The notes under the pieces are model-generated. The model was not told the DNA's origin. It saw only the letters and a list, made by a program, of their open reading frames with translations, and did no database searches. The position numbers were made by a program, and so were the translations under genes. Shown one piece after another: positions 55,721-64,000 of a stretch of 64,000 bases of DNA. The stretch is taken from NCBI GenBank assembly GCA_045588245.1, contig JAZNDW010000011.1:66271-130270 (forward strand), read 5' to 3'. This DNA comes from Eubacteriales bacterium. Its GTDB lineage: Bacteria; Bacillota; Clostridia; Oscillospirales; CAG-272. Positions within the stretch are counted from its first letter, which is position 1. Every line of letters begins with the position of its first letter.

Positions 55721-57307
55721 TCAGTCAACGTCTGCAAAAGCCTCAAGCTTTGACTCAAGCGTTGCGGGCTTGCTGTCTCCGTGACGGACAAACATCATCG
55801 TCACAAACGCAAGCGCAACGAAAACAGTCGCATAAGGGAACAGCGTCGTCATCTTTATATCGAGGAAAATACCGGAGAAAATGGGCGTGATCGTCTGTGC
55901 CGCCATCGACGCGGTATAGTAAAAGCCCGTGTATTTGCCGACGTCGCTCTTTTTGGAAAGCTCGACCACCATCGGGAAGCTGTTGACGTTGATCGTCGCC
56001 CAGCCGATGCCCGCAAGTATGAAAATTATATTCATAACGAGCGCAGAACTTCCCGCACGCATGAATGACGCGGAGAAGAACGCGGCACCAAGCATCACAA
56101 CACCAAGTAGGATCATCTTCTTGCGTCCGAATTTAGAGGAAAGTATGCCGACGGGGATATATGAAATGATCGCCGCCGCCTGCGCGATGATGAGCGTCAT
56201 GTTATAGTCAAGGTTAAGCACCTCGCCTGCGTAAACGGAATACTTGGACGTAACGGCGTTATATCCGAAATACCAGAGTATAACAGAGGATAGGATCAGT
56301 ATCAACGACGTAAACTCTGCGCGTGAGAGCTTATCGGATCCGCCGACAGCCCCATCCGTTTCTTCCACGATACCGTAACGGCGGCTGTCCGCCTCCATCT
56401 CTTCAACAAACTTCGGTTCCTTTACTGTCAGCAGGAATACAACAAGCGCAACGAGCATGATACCCGCTACGATTGCGAAGAACAGCGTATACGACATGAG
56501 GGAATTGACGGCTTTGCCCGTACCGAACACCATTCCGAGAACGAGAACGGCGATTCCGCCGAAGCTTCCCATCAGATTGATCACAGCGTTAGCTTTACTG
56601 CGCAGCGGCTTCACCGTAACGTCGGGCATCAACGCAACCGCAGGGGAACGGAACGTCGCCATGGCAAGCAGGGAGATGAGAAGCAGCGACATAAAATAAA
56701 CGAGCGTCACAGGGTTCTCAAGCGTCATCTGCCATGCATACGCCTGGCGCAGCGGCACGACGTATTCGGTGTACGGATTGATCGTTTCTTTATCCGTTTC
56801 GAAGGCGGCAACGTATTTGCCATCGTCACCGAGGACGTATTCGCTGTCCGTCTTTATTGCAGCAAACGATTCAAGCTCAAAAAGCTCCTTGATCTTAAAC
56901 GCTTCTCCCGAAGGTGTTGTGACCTCGTCCGGATAATCGTAGTAATAAAGCACCGAAAGGGACTGTTCTCCTTCAACGTCCGAAACGGCTTCGATATTCG
57001 TAAGCTGCATATTGTCCGCAAAGGATAAGAGCACAAACGCAACGGCAGCGACGATCGTTCCGAAAACTATGTAAGGGGTGCGTCTGCCGTATTTGCTTTT
57101 AGTCTTGTCGGAAAGATTTCCGAAAAGCGGAAGTAAAAAGAGCGCCAGAACGTTGTCGATCGCCATAACGATGCCGCTCCAGGTCTGGTTCATACCAAAC
57201 TTGTCGGTTAATATTTTCGGGACAATGCTGTCATACGCCTGCCAGAATGCCAGAATCAAAAAGAAAGCAAATCCGACGAACACGGTGCGTTTGTAATTGA
57301 GCTTCAT
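55721..57307 (-). CDS. MFS transporter (GPH/sugar-type) with an extra loop
   Basis: FGNLSDKTKSKYGRRTPY, FRSPAVALMPD, INVNSFPMV; about 12 TMs. Confidence 0.88.
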   Translation of the reverse strand: MKLNYKRTVFVGFAFFLILAFWQAYDSIVPKILTDKFGMNQTWSGIVMAIDNVLALFLLPLFGNLSDKTKSKYGRRTPYIVFGTIVAAVAFVLLSFADNMQLTNIEAVSDVEGEQSLSVLYYYDYPDEVTTPSGEAFKIKELFELESFAAIKTDSEYVLGDDGKYVAAFETDKETINPYTEYVVPLRQAYAWQMTLENPVTLVYFMSLLLISLLAMATFRSPAVALMPDVTVKPLRSKANAVINLMGSFGGIAVLVLGMVFGTGKAVNSLMSYTLFFAIVAGIMLVALVVFLLTVKEPKFVEEMEADSRRYGIVEETDGAVGGSDKLSRAEFTSLILILSSVILWYFGYNAVTSKYSVYAGEVLNLDYNMTLIIAQAAAIISYIPVGILSSKFGRKKMILLGVVMLGAAFFSASFMRAGSSALVMNIIFILAGIGWATINVNSFPMVVELSKKSDVGKYTGFYYTASMAAQTITPIFSGIFLDIKMTTLFPYATVFVALAFVTMMFVRHGDSKPATLESKLEAFADVD

Positions 57308-57535
57308 ACTGTTTTAACCTTTCTTTGTCGGGTTCGCCGCTCCTCGGATAATAATACCCGATTTACGGCATAATACCATCACGGTTGTCTGCTTCGTGCA
57401 AAAAATTCAATAATTTTTTCGTACAAGCATCATAAAACCGTCACATAAGAAAATTATAATCTAATCACAGAATAAAAACAAGCGTATTTTTCGCAATAGA
57501 TAAAACATTATCAAAAATTCGGAAAGGAACACACA

Positions 57536-58975
57536 ATGGCTGAATATATTTTCAACGGCAACGGCACAGGCAATGAAAGCGAAAGTCGTGCAGATGCACT
57601 GAATTCAATGTCTGCCGACAGCGACAGCACTGACACCGCCAACAATTCCGCACCCAAAACGGGGCAGTTCGTTTATAATGAAACGAGCGCACCGCCCACA
57701 TATACACCGCCGTCATATACACCTCCTCCCTATAATCCGCCGACACCACCGAAACCGAAGAAGGGCGGCGGCAGATTCGCGCTGATCGTTGTCTGCATCA
57801 TAATGGCAACTTTATTGATCGCGGGTGCCGCCGGAATCGGCGGATACCTGATCGCCTCTCATGCCGTCGGTGAGAATTCCGGTCCCGTCGAAACCGACAG
57901 AAACGATGACAAAGACAACGACGACAAAGACGCAGGCAAAGATAAAAACAATAACGAAGACAGCACGCATCAGTCCGCCGGCGTCGTTATTGCTCCCGAA
58001 TCCGCAGGAACGAAGGACAAAGGCACCATCGCCGAGGTCGTTGCAAACGTTGCCGATTCGGTCGTTGAGATCACAACTGAATACGCCACCGTTGACAGAT
58101 TTTATTACACGCAGGGCGCAGGCAGCGGCGTTATCATTCATAATGACGGTTACATCATCACAAACAATCACGTCATCAACGATGACAGCTACGGAATTGC
58201 CGACATCATCACCGTTCGTCTTTCGAACGGCGATGAGTATACCGCAGCCGTAGTCGGCACCGACAGTGACACCGATATTGCCGTACTGAAGATCGAAGCG
58301 AACGACCTTCCCGCCGCCGTTATCGGTCAGAGCTCTACCCTTGCCGTCGGCGAGGAAGTAATCGTCATCGGCAATCCGCTCGGCACGCTCGGCGGCACCG
58401 TAACAAACGGCATCATCAGCGCCCTTGACCGTGAGATCACCGTTGACAACGAAACGATGAACCTGCTTCAGACGAATGCCGCCGTCAACCCCGGCAACTC
58501 CGGAGGCGGTATGTTCAATCTCGCCGGAGAGCTTGTGGGCATTGTGAACGCGAAGTATTCCGAATCCGGAATTGAAGGACTCGGCTTTGCGATCCCCATG
58601 GACGACGCAGCGTACGTTACGAACGAAATACTCGAATACGGCTACGTCAAAGGCAGAGTTTCACTTCACATCAGCGTGATCGACATTGACACTTACCAGG
58701 AAGCAATGCAATACAGAGTCAACGCGCTCGGATTATACGTATATGAAGCTGAAAAAGGATATAACGACGACGTGCTTCAAAGCGGCGACCGCATCGCTCA
58801 GGTAGGCGACGTGGAGATAACGTGTGCCGCTGACCTGAAGGCTGTGCTCAAATCATATAAAGTCGGTGATACGATCGAAGCCGTCATCGTCAGAAACGGA
58901 CGTTACAGCACCGTCACTCTCACCTGCTATGAACGCACCGCCGTTTCGCAAAACGATGTGGATTTTGAAAAATGA
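57536..58975 (+). CDS. htrA: HtrA/DegP serine protease with a PDZ domain
   Basis: TM, GSGVII...ITNNHV, DIAVLKI, IGNPLG, QTNAAVNPGNSGG, PDZ. Confidence 0.93.
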   Translation: MAEYIFNGNGTGNESESRADALNSMSADSDSTDTANNSAPKTGQFVYNETSAPPTYTPPSYTPPPYNPPTPPKPKKGGGRFALIVVCIIMATLLIAGAAGIGGYLIASHAVGENSGPVETDRNDDKDNDDKDAGKDKNNNEDSTHQSAGVVIAPESAGTKDKGTIAEVVANVADSVVEITTEYATVDRFYYTQGAGSGVIIHNDGYIITNNHVINDDSYGIADIITVRLSNGDEYTAAVVGTDSDTDIAVLKIEANDLPAAVIGQSSTLAVGEEVIVIGNPLGTLGGTVTNGIISALDREITVDNETMNLLQTNAAVNPGNSGGGMFNLAGELVGIVNAKYSESGIEGLGFAIPMDDAAYVTNEILEYGYVKGRVSLHISVIDIDTYQEAMQYRVNALGLYVYEAEKGYNDDVLQSGDRIAQVGDVEITCAADLKAVLKSYKVGDTIEAVIVRNGRYSTVTLTCYERTAVSQNDVDFEK

Positions 58976-59085
58976 CAACTCCCAACAAATTGAGGATATC
59001 TGCCCTCCGGGCAGATATCCTCGCTTGATTTTGAATATTAATTGCTATATAATATAACTACTCAGTATAAAAAGGAGACGACACC

Positions 59086-59781
59086 ATGTACCGCATACTC
59101 ATCGTTGATGATGAAGAAATGATACGTCGAATGATAGCCAAATACGCCTCCTTCGAAGGTCACACCACGGACGAAGCCAAAGACGGGATCGAGGCCATCG
59201 AAAAATGCCGCACGGGCTCATACGACATCGTCGTTATTGACATTATGATGCCGGAGCTGGACGGATTTTCGGCTTGCCGTAAAATAAGAACGTTTTCAAA
59301 CGTTCCGATCATCATGCTCTCCGCACGAGGCGAGGAGTACGATAAGATAAATGGTTTTGAACTCGGCATAGACGATTACGTCGTAAAGCCCTTTTCGCCG
59401 AAAGAACTGATGCTACGCATCGAAGCGATCATGAAGCGTGTCGGACATGCCTCTGCGGCAGCGGCAGCTCCCTCCGAGCCGGAGCATGAGATATTTGAGC
59501 TTGACGGCATACGCGTCGATCTTACCGCACGTATCGTTTACCGCGACGGCGAGCGAGTAGATATGTCGCCGAAGGAATACGACCTCTTTTTCTATATGCT
59601 GAAAAACCGCAACATCGCTCTGTCGCGTGAAAAGCTCATTACCGACGTATGGGGCTACGATTTCTACGGCGACGACAGAACGCTCGATTCGCACATTAAG
59701 CTGCTTCGCCGTTCACTCGGTGCGTATGCTTCGTATATCGTTACGCTTCGCGGCGTCGGCTATCGGTTTGACACAAAATAA
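59086..59781 (+). CDS. OmpR-family response regulator
   Basis: ILIVDDE, DIMMP, DDYVVKPF, RTLDSHIKLLR, RGVGYRF. Confidence 0.95.
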   Translation: MYRILIVDDEEMIRRMIAKYASFEGHTTDEAKDGIEAIEKCRTGSYDIVVIDIMMPELDGFSACRKIRTFSNVPIIMLSARGEEYDKINGFELGIDDYVVKPFSPKELMLRIEAIMKRVGHASAAAAAPSEPEHEIFELDGIRVDLTARIVYRDGERVDMSPKEYDLFFYMLKNRNIALSREKLITDVWGYDFYGDDRTLDSHIKLLRRSLGAYASYIVTLRGVGYRFDTK

Positions 59782-59802
59782 TACATATCATAAACAAGCA
59801 TC

Positions 59803-61272
59803 ATGACCGACACAAAAAAAGTCCGCACTCCCATGGGACTGCGCTCTAAAATCTTTTTATATCTTTCTGCTTTCGTTGCAGTTATACTCGTTTTTCTATG
59901 GACGTTCACAGTACTGCTTTTGGACGACATCTACAGTAGCATAATCATACACAGGCTCGAATCGTCCGCCAAAACGCTCATCGACTCCGTATCGGACAAC
60001 AGAAAGCTCGACATTAATTCATCCTACCTTTCAAATGAATATGAGATGTGCATCTACATCTTCAAATTCAAGGATAAAACTGCAATGCCCGTCGTATCCG
60101 CACACGCCGACACCGCCTGCCTCATCCATTCGATGACGGCTGACGCGATCGAGGAGCTTTACATCAGCGCCAGTCGCGCCGACGATGGCATACACATCGA
60201 ACGCGTTCCGCTGACGAGCTTCAATTCGGCAGGTCAGTCAGGTGACAGCGATCTTTCCGATTCAAGCGTTCCCGACAGCATCATCTACACGCGCATCATC
60301 TCTTTCGGTGACGAAGAGGAAGGCGTCGTTTTCCTCAACTGCGCCATGACTCCCGTCGATGCGACAGTACACACGCTCCGCACGATGCTTACGTGGATCT
60401 CCGTTCTGGCGATCGCCTTCACTCTCGTTGCGGCATCGTTTTTGTCACTCCACATCTCACGTCCCATCGCGGACGTTAACCGCGAAGCAAAGTCGCTTGC
60501 AACGGGCGTCTACGACTGCAGCCGCGTGCGACACGGATACCGCGAGATTGGCGAGCTTTCGAAAACGCTCGCCAACGCCTCCGTGGAGCTGACGAAAGCC
60601 GACCGAATGAAAAAAGAGCTCATCGCCAACATCTCCCACGACCTGCGCACGCCACTGACGCTGATCGAGGGATATACGGAGATGATGCGTGACATTCCGG
60701 GCGAAAACACTCCCGAAAATATGCAGGTCGTCATTGACGAGGCAAAACGGCTCTCAATTCTCGTTAACGATCTGCTTGAGGTATCGCGCCTGCAGACGGG
60801 CACTCTTGAGCTTACCCTCTCGCGCTTTGACATGACGTCGGCGCTTTACGAAACGGTACAAAGAGTCACAAAGCTCTACGCCCCCGACGGATATAAGATC
60901 GAACTTGCCGCCGACGGCGAGGTTTACGTCACCGCAGACAAAACACGTATGCTTCAGGTCATCTACAATCTCATCGGCAACGCCGTCACCTACACGGGAA
61001 ACGATAAAACCGTCACCGTCACCGAAACGGTGACTGACGGGGTCGTTCGCATTTCCGTCACCGATTCGGGTGCCGGCATCGACGAAGCGTACCTCCCTCT
61101 TATCTGGGAAAGATACTATAAAGTCGACAAAGTCCACCGCCGCGGAGCCGGCGGCTCGGGGCTCGGTCTTTCGATCGTCAAAGAGATACTGCTCCGTCAC
61201 AACGCCCGTTTCGGCGTTACGAGCACTATTGGCGTCGGATCTACTTTCTGGTTCGAGCTGAAAACGGAATAA
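59803..61272 (+). CDS. Sensor histidine kinase (2 TM, HAMP, HisKA, HATPase)
   Basis: ANISHDLRTPL, NLIGNA, DSGAGI, GSGLGLSIV. Confidence 0.95.
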   Translation: MTDTKKVRTPMGLRSKIFLYLSAFVAVILVFLWTFTVLLLDDIYSSIIIHRLESSAKTLIDSVSDNRKLDINSSYLSNEYEMCIYIFKFKDKTAMPVVSAHADTACLIHSMTADAIEELYISASRADDGIHIERVPLTSFNSAGQSGDSDLSDSSVPDSIIYTRIISFGDEEEGVVFLNCAMTPVDATVHTLRTMLTWISVLAIAFTLVAASFLSLHISRPIADVNREAKSLATGVYDCSRVRHGYREIGELSKTLANASVELTKADRMKKELIANISHDLRTPLTLIEGYTEMMRDIPGENTPENMQVVIDEAKRLSILVNDLLEVSRLQTGTLELTLSRFDMTSALYETVQRVTKLYAPDGYKIELAADGEVYVTADKTRMLQVIYNLIGNAVTYTGNDKTVTVTETVTDGVVRISVTDSGAGIDEAYLPLIWERYYKVDKVHRRGAGGSGLGLSIVKEILLRHNARFGVTSTIGVGSTFWFELKTE

Positions 61273-61277
61273 CCGAC

Positions 61278-61315
61278 AAAAACACGCGGTTTTTGACGAA
61301 AACCGTGTGTTTTTT
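61278..61315 (+). terminator. Rho-independent terminator
   Basis: AAAAACACGCGGTTTT-tgacg-AAAACCGTGTGTTTTTT. Confidence 0.8.
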
Positions 61316-61422
61316 CTTTTTTAGCAAATTATTTTATAATATATATCTTTATTTATGATAAAATATAGTTTATAATAGAACCTATAATTTATATCAATTT
61401 TACGCTAAAGAGAACGACAGTA

Positions 61423-62811
61423 ATGGTTTTTTCAAATCCCGAATTCATTTTCGCGTATCTTCCGATATCGCTTATTTTATATTATATCTCGCCCAAAAAA
61501 TGGCGTAATCTTACGCTTTTGCTCGTCAGCCTTTTCTTTTACGGCTGGGGAGAGCCCGTCTACGTCCTTTTGATGGTTGCCACCATCGCCGCAGACTATA
61601 TTTTCGGCTTCATCATCGGCAAACGTCGGACAGAGGGAAAGTCCGCCAAGCTTGCATTGGTGTTGGCGTGCATTTTTAACCTCGGAATTTTATTTTTCTT
61701 CAAATATTATAACTTCCTCGCCGCAACTCTGCGTCCCGTAATGCCCTTTTTGCCCGAAATCAACGTTACACTTCCGATCGGCATCTCGTTTTACACCTTC
61801 CAGGCACTCTCATACGTCATAGACGTATACCGCGGTGACACCGAGTATCAGCACTCCGTCGTTGACTTCGGTGCCTACGTCACGATGTTCCCGCAGCTCA
61901 TCGCGGGTCCCATCGTCAAATACCGCGAAGTCGCGGACAGACTCCGCGAGCGTCACGTCACTCTCGATTACGCGGCTTCGGGCGTCCGCACCTTTATTTC
62001 AGGTCTATCCAAGAAAGTGCTCCTCGCAGACGTCGCAAGCGAGCTGTGGACTCTTGCCACCGAGGCGGAGTCTCCCTCCGCCGCCCTTGCGTGGTTCGGT
62101 ATCATCATGCGCACAGCGCAGATATACTTTGACTTTTCGGGCTACTCGGATATGGCTATCGGTCTTGGACGCATTCTCGGCTTTGAATTTCCAGAGAACT
62201 TCAATTACCCCTACATTTCAAAAAGCATCACCGAATTCTGGCGCCGCTGGCACATTTCCCTTTCCACCTGGTTCCGTGAATACGTGTACATTCCGCTCGG
62301 CGGAAACAGACGCGGCAAACTCATGCAGTACCGCAATCTGCTCGTCGTATGGCTTCTAACAGGACTTTGGCACGGCGACTCGTGGAACTTCGTTTTGTGG
62401 GGACTTTTCTACTTCGTTTTGCTCGCGATAGAAAAAGCCATCGGTGAAGAAAAGCTTTCGCGCGTCCCGACGCCGCTGCGCAGCTTTACCACCATGTTCT
62501 TCGTTATGGTCGGCTGGGTGCTCTTCTCGTTTGACTATATGGCAGACGTCGGGGCGTATCTTTCCGCTATGTTCGGCTCTAACGGATTCATCGACGGTGT
62601 CGACGTATATCACATCGTGCGCCACATACCGTTCCTTCTGATCCTCATCGTCGCCTCAACGCCTCTACCGAAAAAGCTCGCGAACAAATTTGCCGCGCGC
62701 GGTGAGGCTTGCCGCATTATCTGCGACATTGTCGCCATCGTTGCGCTCGTCGTATCTATTGCATATCTCGTTTCTTCATCCTATCATCCGTTCTTGTACT
62801 TCAGATTTTAA
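61423..62811 (+). CDS. MBOAT O-acyltransferase (AlgI/DltB/PatA-like)
   Basis: LPIGISFYTFQ, FPQLIAGPI, DFSGYSDMAIG, FWRRWHISL, YIPLGG, GLWHG. Confidence 0.93.
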   Translation: MVFSNPEFIFAYLPISLILYYISPKKWRNLTLLLVSLFFYGWGEPVYVLLMVATIAADYIFGFIIGKRRTEGKSAKLALVLACIFNLGILFFFKYYNFLAATLRPVMPFLPEINVTLPIGISFYTFQALSYVIDVYRGDTEYQHSVVDFGAYVTMFPQLIAGPIVKYREVADRLRERHVTLDYAASGVRTFISGLSKKVLLADVASELWTLATEAESPSAALAWFGIIMRTAQIYFDFSGYSDMAIGLGRILGFEFPENFNYPYISKSITEFWRRWHISLSTWFREYVYIPLGGNRRGKLMQYRNLLVVWLLTGLWHGDSWNFVLWGLFYFVLLAIEKAIGEEKLSRVPTPLRSFTTMFFVMVGWVLFSFDYMADVGAYLSAMFGSNGFIDGVDVYHIVRHIPFLLILIVASTPLPKKLANKFAARGEACRIICDIVAIVALVVSIAYLVSSSYHPFLYFRF

Positions 62812-62813
62812 CC

Positions 62814-63983
62814 ATGGATAATAACAACAACACCAAAAGACCTCTACTGTCCTCAGTTATAATCACCTCTTTAGCCGCCCTCATTATTTTCGGGCTGTCT
62901 GCGGCTTTTTTCATCATTCCCGACCGCGAAATGTCGGAAAATGAAAACCGCGTTCTCGCATCAGCTCCCGAGATCACGATGGGGTCTCTCATTTCGGGCA
63001 AATTGACCGAGGATGTCACCGATTGGTTTTCCGACCAGTTCCCTTGCCGCGAATTTTTCGTGAGTTTGAAAGGTTCCGTTGAGCGTTTGCTCGGCAAACG
63101 CGAAAACAACGGCGTCATTTACACCGACGGCGGATACATGATCGACCGTCTCACCGCCGATTTTGATACGGTTACAAAAAATTTCGCGTCTTTATCAAAG
63201 CTCAACGGTGCCGTAAAAACACCGATAACGGTCGCTGTAGCCCCCCGAAAGATCGACGCGCTCGCCTCGCTTCTTCCCGACGCTTTGGCTGATACGGGTG
63301 CCGACGCACTCGCCGCCCTCAACGCTCTTTATGTAGAATTTGGCTTTGATGCCGTCGATCTCTACTCACCGCTGACCGATGCCGCCAATGCGGGCGATTA
63401 CGTTTACTATAAGACCGACCACCACCCGACAGAGCACGGTGCATATCTTATCTATCTTGCGCTTGCCGAAGAGTGGGGCTTCATGCCTTACGACCGCGAC
63501 AGCTTCACGGTTGAATGTGTTAGCGACGACTTTTACGGCACGACGTGGTCCGCCTCCGTCACAAACGGCGCCGACGCGGATAAGATCGAGCTTTACCGCT
63601 ACGACGGCGACGACGAATATACCGTTCATATTATAGATAATGACAAAACATTACGCGGCTTTTACGACACAGACTACCTTTCCAAAAAAGACAAATACGC
63701 CCTCTTTCTTTCGGGCACGAATGCCCGCGTCACCGTCACTGCCGACGAAAATAACAGCATGGACCGCGAAAAGCTCCTCATATTAAACGATAGCTTCGCG
63801 AATGCCGTCACGCCGTTTCTCGCACGTCACTACGATATTGAACTGCTTGACCCGCGCTTTTTGCGTCGCGGACTTTATGACACGCTTGCGTCAGGCGAAT
63901 ATGACCGCGTGCTTTTGCTGATGAATCTTGACACGCTCAGCACCTCACCGCTGCTCGCCGTCGTTTCCGCAGGCATAGAGTAA
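62814..63983 (+). CDS. DHHW-family (AlgJ/AlgX-like) acetyltransferase partner
   Basis: SENENRVLA, DQFP.R, YYKTDHHP, DSFAN; start moved to ATG 62814, 2 nt after the MBOAT stop. Confidence 0.85.
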   Translation: MDNNNNTKRPLLSSVIITSLAALIIFGLSAAFFIIPDREMSENENRVLASAPEITMGSLISGKLTEDVTDWFSDQFPCREFFVSLKGSVERLLGKRENNGVIYTDGGYMIDRLTADFDTVTKNFASLSKLNGAVKTPITVAVAPRKIDALASLLPDALADTGADALAALNALYVEFGFDAVDLYSPLTDAANAGDYVYYKTDHHPTEHGAYLIYLALAEEWGFMPYDRDSFTVECVSDDFYGTTWSASVTNGADADKIELYRYDGDDEYTVHIIDNDKTLRGFYDTDYLSKKDKYALFLSGTNARVTVTADENNSMDREKLLILNDSFANAVTPFLARHYDIELLDPRFLRRGLYDTLASGEYDRVLLLMNLDTLSTSPLLAVVSAGIE

Positions 63984-64000
63984 CCTTTTATTAACAATTT

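Noticed and set aside
57690-57760. Pro-rich repeat (PPTYTPPSYTPPPYNPP) in HtrA
   Set aside because: Disordered low-complexity N-termini are ordinary in Gram-positive HtrA proteins.
61423-63983. dlt operon or alginate biosynthesis
   Set aside because: No dltA/C/D or polymerase genes are visible. An MBOAT + DHHW pair is a common clostridial O-acylation module with unknown substrate.

Overview
This is a 64-kb chromosomal window, inferred to come from a Bacillota/Clostridia (Oscillospirales-like) genome from its T-boxes, sigma-A promoters, lipoprotein-rich content and gene families. No rRNA, tRNA, CRISPR array, transposase, integrase or phage genes were seen. The housekeeping backbone includes rplM-rpsI, potABCD, valS and thrS (both with T-box leaders), mgsA, glyA, murI, hisS, alaS, htrA with a two-component system, and an MBOAT/DHHW pair. 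The left 15 kb is the most unusual part. (i) Three tandem surface-protein genes share a signal peptide, promoter design, terminator and C-terminal APQTG+TM+KKH anchor around unrelated central domains; the flanks of the first two are nearly identical in DNA. (ii) An ECF sigma factor is coupled to a membrane anti-sigma-like protein whose extracellular domain is a solute-binding protein (SBP), and the pair sits between two paralogous SBP lipoprotein genes with no permease. Smaller signs of gene acquisition are an AT-rich vanZ-family gene bracketed by a perfect 14-bp inverted repeat, a 1.2-kb islet bracketed by a 60-bp direct repeat, and two MITE/REP-like intergenic elements. All functional calls come from motif recognition by eye; no database searches were run.
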